From positions 97,651-161,650 of the forward strand of contig JBDROF010000018.1 in assembly GCA_043810345.1 (NCBI GenBank): a stretch of DNA of 64,000 bases, read 5' to 3'. Under the pieces are notes generated by a model that was not told where the DNA came from, made no database searches, and saw only the letters and a list, made by a program, of their open reading frames with translations. This document shows positions 58,181 to 64,000 of this stretch, piece by piece. Numbering within the stretch: the stretch's first letter is position 1; the number at the start of each line of letters is the position of its first letter. This stretch comes from Bacteroidota bacterium (lineage in GTDB: Bacteria > Bacteroidota > Bacteroidia > Bacteroidales > FEN-979). The position numbers and the translations under genes were made by a program.

Positions 58181-58651
58181 ATGAAACAAGCAACACTTTT
58201 CACCATCCTCATTCTTTTTGCTGCATCTATTTCATTATTGGCCCAACAAACAACGATCACATACCATAAAGAGGCAGATAAAAAAGAAAAGAAAAATGGC
58301 CCTATAGCCAAATTTGATAAGACTGTAAATGATTTTGGACAAATTGAACAAGGCATCCCGAGAACAGCCGAGTTCACATTGACCAACGAAGGCAATGAAC
58401 CGCTCCTGATCAGCTCCGCGAAAGCCTCCTGCGGTTGCACGAACCTGAAGTATTCAACCGAACCAATTCTCCCAAAAAAGTCCACAACAATCTCAGCTAC
58501 TTACAATGCGGCAGCACCAGGTAATTTTATCAAGACAATCACTGTGCAGACCAACGCTGATACAGATAATGTGATTCTTCAGATCAAAGGAATGGTTGTA
58601 TCGAAAGATGGAACCGTGCCAGAGAAGAAGTACGTGCCAGAGAATAAGTAA
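58181..58651 (+). CDS. DUF1573 domain protein, secreted
   Basis: 156 aa with a signal peptide. FGQIEQGIPRTAEFTLTNEGNEPLLISSAKASCGCT is the classic DUF1573 signature. Confidence 0.85.
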   Translation: MKQATLFTILILFAASISLLAQQTTITYHKEADKKEKKNGPIAKFDKTVNDFGQIEQGIPRTAEFTLTNEGNEPLLISSAKASCGCTNLKYSTEPILPKKSTTISATYNAAAPGNFIKTITVQTNADTDNVILQIKGMVVSKDGTVPEKKYVPENK

Positions 58652-58746
58652 TTGCGTATCATTGCCATCATTTCCAAGATTGCACATGAATTGATTTTTT
58701 ACGTCTTATATCCTTCGTCCTTCGTCGCTCCTCTTTCTTCCTTCCT
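58652..58746. repeat. Stutter repeats between DUF1573 and rSAM #3, extending into the 3' end of the rSAM #3 CDS
   Basis: ttgcgtatcattgccatcatttccaagattgcacatgaattg uses the same words as the 21481-21557 tandem repeat. tccttcgtccttcgtcgctcctctttcttccttcc encodes (minus strand) the C-terminal tail ..RKEERGATKDEG... Confidence 0.8.
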
Positions 58747-60141
58747 GATTCTTAGCAGTGTCCTGAACATGGGTTCGGTTAGCTCTTTCTCTTTTCGCGT
58801 AAGCAGGGCTTTTTGCATCAACTCCGGTGAGGGGGAGCTTTCAGCAGATGGAAGACAATTATGGAATGTATTGCTGATCTCTTTCAGTATCTTACCCAGT
58901 TTCTTTTTCGGTGTATCTGCTGAAAAATAGTAGGGTGATGGGTAAAACAGGGATTCCCCGGGTTGGATCACACCCTCTTTCAGAGCGATTTTCTCCAGGG
59001 GTGTATTCGGATAGATCCGCAAGCCAGCATGCATTAATACCATATCTTCTTCGTTGATATACCGGCCAATAAAATTATGTGTCTGGGCAACCGTTTCAGT
59101 AGTCTCTCCCGGTCCTCCAAAGAGAAAGAACCACATGGTAGGCAAGTCATACATCCTGGTCAAGAGGGCAGTGCGCTTGATATCCCGGAAGGTGAATCCT
59201 TTCTGCAGGTTTTTAATAACGGCCGGGGCCGCACTGTCGGGAGTTACATCAATCTGTATAAAACCTGCCTTGATCATCAGTTTAAAGAGTTCATGACTGG
59301 TGTTCCTGGGATTGATCCCCATGGTCCGGAGCCGGGGACGAATATTTCTCCGGATGATGGCGCGACAGATATCTTCTGCATGACCTGCCGGTTCATTAAA
59401 GGTAGAGTCAATGAAATCGAAGGTGACCTTCCCCAACCGGTCCATGGCCTCTTCAATCTCACGTGCAATATCATCCGGATTACGGACCCTGTAACGTCTC
59501 CCCTCTATGCAGGGATAGGTACAATAGATGCACCGGAGTGCGCAACCCCTTTTGGTCTGGACACTATAGACACCACGCTCTTTGTACGGGGAAAAATCGA
59601 TGTGTCGGTCAATCTCAGAAAAAGGGATGGAGTGAAAGGGAATAAACTTTGTCACTGAAACCGCTCCTGCTTTCCTGTTCTCTTTCCTGAACACCTGCGG
59701 GAGGTGATCCACCGGTTTCTCCTTGTCCAGGCAGCGGAGAACCTCCAGGAACACCTCCTCCCCCTCCCCTGTGATCCCATAATCGGCTTCGGTCATCTCC
59801 ATGATCTCCTGCGGAAAGACACTGAATCCACTACCTCCAAGGATTACGGGAGCCTGGGAAACATGTTGAACCGGGTGGATAAAGTCACGCAGTATATCGC
59901 CGATATAAAACACCGTTCTATCAGCGACGACATCGTCGATGTTTCTGATACTGAATCCAATGTAATCGGGATCAAAGGATTTTACCTGATCCACCAGCGA
60001 TCTCCCTTCATTAAAAACCCCGTCATAGATCTTCACATCATACCAAGGTTCCAGGTACGATGCAAGTAAACAAAGTCCCAAAGGGGGAATAGGATAAGGA
60101 AATTTTTCAATATTTGTATTAACCAGAAGGACTCTCTTCAT
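58699..60141 (-). CDS. B12-binding-domain radical SAM enzyme (#3), paralogue of #1
   Basis: 480 aa from ATG 60141. RVLLVNTN..PYPIPPLGLCLL, FSIRNIDDV, ILGGSGFSVFPQE, GEGEE, QTKRGCALRCIYCTYP, GLRIYPNT. All blocks are collinear with 31951-33312. Confidence 0.88.
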   Translation of the reverse strand: MKRVLLVNTNIEKFPYPIPPLGLCLLASYLEPWYDVKIYDGVFNEGRSLVDQVKSFDPDYIGFSIRNIDDVVADRTVFYIGDILRDFIHPVQHVSQAPVILGGSGFSVFPQEIMEMTEADYGITGEGEEVFLEVLRCLDKEKPVDHLPQVFRKENRKAGAVSVTKFIPFHSIPFSEIDRHIDFSPYKERGVYSVQTKRGCALRCIYCTYPCIEGRRYRVRNPDDIAREIEEAMDRLGKVTFDFIDSTFNEPAGHAEDICRAIIRRNIRPRLRTMGINPRNTSHELFKLMIKAGFIQIDVTPDSAAPAVIKNLQKGFTFRDIKRTALLTRMYDLPTMWFFLFGGPGETTETVAQTHNFIGRYINEEDMVLMHAGLRIYPNTPLEKIALKEGVIQPGESLFYPSPYYFSADTPKKKLGKILKEISNTFHNCLPSAESSPSPELMQKALLTRKEKELTEPMFRTLLRIRKEERGATKDEGYKT

Positions 60142-60156
60142 GAAATAAACAATAAG

Positions 60157-60286
60157 CACCAATATTCAATTATCAAATAACAACTAAATACTAATGTTTT
60201 AATCTGTCAGCAGTGATTGAAATGGTTGGCAATTCGGTCATTGGAATTTGGATATATTTGAAATTTGTTTTTTGCGATTTGTAAAT
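60157..60286. repeat. AT-rich imperfect palindrome between rSAM #4 and rSAM #3 (same family as 35968-36115)
   Basis: The left arm ..caaataacaactaaatactaatg compares with the reverse complement of the right arm, caaatttcaaatatatccaaattccaatg. It shares the cattggaatttgg core. Confidence 0.65.
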
Positions 60287-61627
60287 TTAAATTACATCTG
60301 TCCCCTTCTTGATCAGCCACAGCGCTCCAACCCTTTCATGAAATTCTTCATAGGGAAGGGTTGTCTTTGTAACTGCATTAAAAAAGTTATACTTATTATA
60401 ATCATGATCGATAATCTGCTCCTTGATCTGCCGGTAATAGACGGTGCCCGGCATCGGCGACAAAATCGTATAACCGGCATACACAACCGGGTTGGCAGAG
60501 GAGTAATCAGCTAATGCTTTGAAATCATCTTTCATATAATCAAAAGGAATCACATAGTTTCCTCTGACCATGATCCCATATTCATGAAACACCTCAATCG
60601 CCTTCTGATTATCCCCTGCCGGCGATTCCTTCTTGTACCGCTTCAGCTCCTCGTCACGGAATGATTCAAAACCACAGATCACGACTTTTAACCCTCCCCT
60701 TGCCATCTTTTCAATAATCTCCGGATGGTTTGCCGCCACATCGGCCCGGATATCCATCACCAATGTTTTCTCTATCCGTTCTTCCACGATCCGGGCGAAC
60801 AGCTGATTCATGAACGCCATGTCCACCACGGTGTTGGCATCTGCAAACCGCACTACCGAGTACTCGGGAATGGATTGCAGCTCCTGGATCAGGCTTTCAA
60901 CAGTTCGCTGGTGGTATTTCCCCAGGAACTGCGTCCAGATAGAACAAAAGGTGCACTTATAGGGGCATCCAAGAGAGGTAAATACATAGGTACTTGGATC
61001 AGGGCTATTACCAACTCTATAAGTCGATATCCATTTTGCCAGATGCCCACGATCAATCGCCAGGTAATCCTCACAAGCTGCATCCCAGGGTGATGGCTTT
61101 CCAGCTGTCTTCACCAGGACACCCTGCTGCCTGATCAGAATGCCAGCTACTGATTCCAATGGCATTCCAACCGCTTTGGCCCTCATCAACTCCCTGAATA
61201 TATGTGCACACTGCCCCGGGATGACCACATCAACAGAATGATCTGTGAAATCAAAAGGGAGCAGGGTAGCATGCAATCCCCCGGCGACGGTCAGGATCTC
61301 GGGATTCACCTCCTTGACTACCTTACAGATAGTAACAGAATCGTTGAATTCCGAAGTAATCACAGTTACGCCCACCACATCCGGCCGGTGTCTCTCCACA
61401 AGCTCCTTGACAAGTTTCCGTAATGGCGGAGTGGCCGGATCAAGGTCATACTCCCCTTTTGTGTCAAACAACACTACGTCATGATCCTTCACGGCTGCAG
61501 CGACGGTCAGTAATCCCAGAGGCGGACCGATCAATTTCTTGTGGATGAATCGTTTGGCTGCCTTCGGGGCATATTTTAGAATGTTGTTTTCAGGAGAACG
61601 GGGAGGATTTATCAGGAGGATCTTCAT
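60287..61627 (-). CDS. B12-binding-domain radical SAM enzyme (#4)
   Basis: 446 aa from ATG 61627 (the TTG at 61630 is one codon upstream). B12-type N-terminus (KILLINPP..PPLGLLTVAAAV..VVGVTVITSEF..VAGGLHATL). Radical SAM motif TSLGCPYKCTFCSIW. Confidence 0.88.
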   Translation of the reverse strand: MKILLINPPRSPENNILKYAPKAAKRFIHKKLIGPPLGLLTVAAAVKDHDVVLFDTKGEYDLDPATPPLRKLVKELVERHRPDVVGVTVITSEFNDSVTICKVVKEVNPEILTVAGGLHATLLPFDFTDHSVDVVIPGQCAHIFRELMRAKAVGMPLESVAGILIRQQGVLVKTAGKPSPWDAACEDYLAIDRGHLAKWISTYRVGNSPDPSTYVFTSLGCPYKCTFCSIWTQFLGKYHQRTVESLIQELQSIPEYSVVRFADANTVVDMAFMNQLFARIVEERIEKTLVMDIRADVAANHPEIIEKMARGGLKVVICGFESFRDEELKRYKKESPAGDNQKAIEVFHEYGIMVRGNYVIPFDYMKDDFKALADYSSANPVVYAGYTILSPMPGTVYYRQIKEQIIDHDYNKYNFFNAVTKTTLPYEEFHERVGALWLIKKGTDVI

Positions 61628-61630
61628 CAA

Positions 61631-61653
61631 TTACGAATTACGAATGACGAATT
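61631..61653. repeat. Stutter repeat, same words as 29436-29465
   Basis: ttacgaattacgaatgacgaatt lies directly upstream of the rSAM #4 start. Confidence 0.85.
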
Positions 61654-61726
61654 TTAAAATGTGATGCAGAAAAGATAATCAAAGGTACATATTTAATAGA
61701 CTTAAGGCTGCCTTGTGTGGAATTGC

Positions 61727-61734
61727 TATTTTTG
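61727..61734 (+). promoter_or_regulatory. Candidate -7 box (TAnnTTTG) upstream of the GT2-DUF2062 gene
   Basis: tatttttg lies 51 nt upstream of the ATG at 61786. Confidence 0.4.
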
Positions 61735-61785
61735 CTTTGTCAACCTCGTTCCCGGATGCCGGATAGCAATTACATAAGCCAGAAG

Positions 61786-63081
61786 ATGAAATCGTTGAGG
61801 TGTTGCGTGATCATTCCAACCTACAACAATGCCGGAACGCTGGAGAAGGTGATCCGAGGAGTACAGGAATATTCTGACGACATCATCGTGGTGAACGACG
61901 GGAGCACGGATGAAACACCGGAGATCTTAAACAAGTTGGCAGCTGGCAGTTGGCACTTGGCAGAAGATGGCACGGCACCACGGCACCACGGCACCACTTC
62001 ACCAGTCACCAGTCACCAGTCACCAGTCACCATAATCACCACTTCCACCACATCCACCACATTCACCATTATCACCATCCCCCGCAACACCGGCAAAGGC
62101 TTCGCGCTCCGGCAAGGATTCAACTATGCTATTCAGCAGGGATACCGCTATGCTATCACGATCGACAGCGATGGGCAACATTTTCCGGAAGACATCCCGA
62201 AATTCATTGAAAAAACAGAAGAGGATCCTGATGCCATCGTGATTGGCGCACGGGACATGAAACAGGAGGATGTACCAGGAACCAGCAGTTTCGGACATAA
62301 ATTCTCCATTTTCTGGTTCCGGGTTGAGACCGGTCTGAGGGTCCCTGATGTACAATCGGGGTATCGCCTTTACCCGCTTAAGCGGATCCAAACCATCCGC
62401 CAATTTTACTGTTCCAGGTACGAATTTGAGGTAGAGATCCTTGTCCGGTTAGCCTGGCGGGGGGTGTCTATCCTATCGGTACCGGTGAAGATCTGGTATG
62501 GAGCAGCCGCGGAGCGTGTTTCACATTTCCGGAAAGGGAGGGATTTTGCTCGGACCAGTCTGCTCAATAGCATTCTGGTCTTTGCAGCCCTTCTCTGGGT
62601 CAGACCGTTCCATTTTACCAAAGGTCTTCGGAAAAAAAGCTTCAGGGAGATCATCCGGGAGTATTTCATCAACAGTGAGGATACCAACGCAAAATTGGCC
62701 TGGTCTGTGGTGCTTGGCATCTTCATCGGGGTATCTCCCGTCTGGGGATATCAGATGATTGTTGCTGTAGCACTGGCACATTTTCTCCGATTGCACAAAT
62801 TTGTCGCACTGGTAGCCTCCAACATCAGCATCCCTCCCCTGATCCCCATTATCCTCTTTTGCAGTTATATCACAGGAGGGTTTGTGCTTGGAGCTGAGAA
62901 CACCCATCTGGAATACTCTTCAGGCATTAATTTCCAGTGGATCAAGCAACACCTGATCCAATACATCGTGGGAAGTTTTGTTTTTGGTGCCGTGCTGGCA
63001 CCTGTGACCGGATTCATCACCTATGTTTTGCTGGTCACCTTCAGAAAGAATGTACAACTAAAAGAGATGGAAAAGAACTAA
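61786..63081 (+). CDS. Family 2 glycosyltransferase fused to a C-terminal DUF2062 membrane domain
   Basis: 431 aa from ATG 61786. GT2 motifs: CCVIIPTYNNAGTLEKVI, VVNDGSTDETPEIL, NTGKGFALRQG, TIDSDGQH. The C-terminal AWSVVLGIFIGVSPVWGYQMIVAVALAHFLRLHKFVALVASNISIPP is DUF2062-like. The track start at 61717 is an upstream GTG. Confidence 0.88.
   Translation: MKSLRCCVIIPTYNNAGTLEKVIRGVQEYSDDIIVVNDGSTDETPEILNKLAAGSWHLAEDGTAPRHHGTTSPVTSHQSPVTIITTSTTSTTFTIITIPRNTGKGFALRQGFNYAIQQGYRYAITIDSDGQHFPEDIPKFIEKTEEDPDAIVIGARDMKQEDVPGTSSFGHKFSIFWFRVETGLRVPDVQSGYRLYPLKRIQTIRQFYCSRYEFEVEILVRLAWRGVSILSVPVKIWYGAAAERVSHFRKGRDFARTSLLNSILVFAALLWVRPFHFTKGLRKKSFREIIREYFINSEDTNAKLAWSVVLGIFIGVSPVWGYQMIVAVALAHFLRLHKFVALVASNISIPPLIPIILFCSYITGGFVLGAENTHLEYSSGINFQWIKQHLIQYIVGSFVFGAVLAPVTGFITYVLLVTFRKNVQLKEMEKN
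61936..62069. repeat. Long morphing tandem repeat (about 134 nt) lying in frame inside the GT2 catalytic domain
   Basis: ttggcagctggcagttggcacttggcag..ggcacggcaccacggcaccacggcaccac..ttcaccagtcaccagtcaccagtcaccagtcaccat..aatcaccacttccaccacatccaccacattcaccattatcaccatc encodes LAAGSWHLAEDGTAPRHHGTTSPVTSHQSPVTIITTSTTSTTFTIITI, between DGSTD and NTGKG. Confidence 0.9.
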
Positions 63082-63091
63082 CCGGTGCTAA

Positions 63092-64000
63092 ATGGCTGCT
63101 TTCTTCATCCACATTTACCGTTTTTTTCGGAAATACCGCTGGGCGTTCTGGATCTTCATGGCCGTTACAGCCGGTTTTATCATCCTCTTTGCCTCCCAGG
63201 TGAAACTAGAGGAGGATATCTCCAGGATCACCTCAAAAGATGACACTCTCCATCAGGACGAGTATGTGATCCGGAATTTTAAGTTTGCTGAAAAGCTGAT
63301 TGTCCATATCCGTCAGACCGACAGTCTTGACACCCCCTGCCCCGATACGCTGATTGCACTTGCTAAACTGCTTTACGACAGCCTGATGACCCAACTTGAC
63401 TCCTCTTATATTCAATCGGCGTTCCTGAAAACAGAAGATAGCCTGTTACCATTGGTGTTGAGCCTCATCGACAATCATCTTCCCCTCTTCCTGGATGAGG
63501 ATGACTATCTGAGTCTGGACAGCCTTGGTAAGAAGACGGGACTGGAATCCATCGTCAGGAAGAATTACAAGATCCTGGTCTCTCCAGCCAGCATCATGAT
63601 GAAACGGAGACTGGTAGAGGATCCTCTGGGACTCTCCAACATTGCTCTGAGAAAACTACAGAGTCTCCAGGTAGACGATCATTATAGGCTACGGGATGGT
63701 TATATTTTTTCTCAGGACGGCAGGCACCTTCTGTTCTTCATCACTCCGACTAATCCACCAAGTGAAACCAGTAAAAACGCAAAACTGATCCGGACACTGG
63801 ATCAATTGGTCGGTCAGCTGACTGCCATTCCTGAACTATCAGAGACAGCCACAGCTCCCCTGGTCGAGATCGATTATTTCGGATCTGTGGCCGTGGCCGT
63901 TAGCAATGCAAACCAGTTGAAACGAGACATCATCCTAAGCCTTTTTCTGGCGCTGATCCTTATCCTGTTGCTGATCGGATGGTATTTCCGCAATGCAGCT
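63092..64000 (+). CDS. MMPL/RND-superfamily exporter, N-terminal 303 codons (3' end lies outside the window)
   Basis: Not in the ORF track because it is open to the window end. Hand translation from ATG 63092: MAAFFIHIYRFFRKYRWAFWIFMAVTAGFIILFASQVKLEEDISRI... ...FGSVAVAVSNANQLKRDIILSLFLALILILLLIGWYFRNAA. It has an N-terminal TM, a large periplasmic loop, then a TM bundle start, as in MMPL exporters of aryl-polyene clusters. Confidence 0.75.
   Translation, partial: MAAFFIHIYRFFRKYRWAFWIFMAVTAGFIILFASQVKLEEDISRITSKDDTLHQDEYVIRNFKFAEKLIVHIRQTDSLDTPCPDTLIALAKLLYDSLMTQLDSSYIQSAFLKTEDSLLPLVLSLIDNHLPLFLDEDDYLSLDSLGKKTGLESIVRKNYKILVSPASIMMKRRLVEDPLGLSNIALRKLQSLQVDDHYRLRDGYIFSQDGRHLLFFITPTNPPSETSKNAKLIRTLDQLVGQLTAIPELSETATAPLVEIDYFGSVAVAVSNANQLKRDIILSLFLALILILLLIGWYFRNAA

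Noticed and set aside
27710-64000. tRNA-flanked genomic island / integrative element carrying the cluster
   Set aside because: No integrase, transposase or conjugation gene is present anywhere in the window. I could not spot a direct repeat of the tRNA 3' end. Housekeeping-type genes (the RRM protein) lie between the tRNA and the cluster. The right border is outside the window, so this cannot be fully excluded.

Overview
The window looks like a Bacteroidota chromosome segment. The evidence is a T9SS C-terminal sorting domain, a FISUMP domain, repeated TAnnTTTG -7 promoter boxes and flexirubin-type gene content. It is probably from an anaerobe, given a glycyl-radical enzyme and four cobalamin-type radical SAM genes. 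Positions 1-28.6 kb hold ordinary genes for glycan, peptide and amino-acid catabolism. These include a repeat-rich surface protein, an M23 peptidase, an OYE flavoreductase, galM/galK, a GH2 beta-mannosidase, ansB, a DMT transporter, a BNR/T9SS protein, an M64 peptidase, a GH31 enzyme, a transglutaminase-like lipoprotein, a YpsA/SLOG protein, tRNA-Arg(ACG) and an RRM protein. The same region also holds a glycyl-radical enzyme of the Cys-x-Glu class with a minimal activase, and a decayed locus (an orphan gene fragment plus a disrupted C69 dipeptidase). From about 28.7 kb to the window end, and continuing beyond it, there is one very large type II FAS/PKS-like cluster. It has the aryl-polyene/flexirubin architecture: 5 Cys-His-His KS, 3 CLF-like partners, 3 ACPs, KR, hotdog dehydratases, thioesterases, an LPLAT acyltransferase, GT2-DUF2062, LolA-like protein, a lipoprotein, an MMPL exporter, an ABC exporter and a BtrH-like protein. 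It is augmented by genes I do not associate with that family: four B12-binding-domain radical SAM enzymes, two enoyl-CoA hydratases, a KAS III-like enzyme, a 3-hydroxyacyl-CoA dehydrogenase, a CxxCH haem-binding-domain protein, a dedicated FabF-ACP-acyltransferase set and an embedded two-component system. This is my candidate for the undescribed system. A second pervasive signal is a set of short 'morphing' tandem repeats, GC hairpins (cccctccc..gggagggg) and AT-rich palindromes. They sit at gene boundaries and, unusually, in frame inside several CDSs. All functional calls rest on motifs read by eye from the translations. No searches were run.
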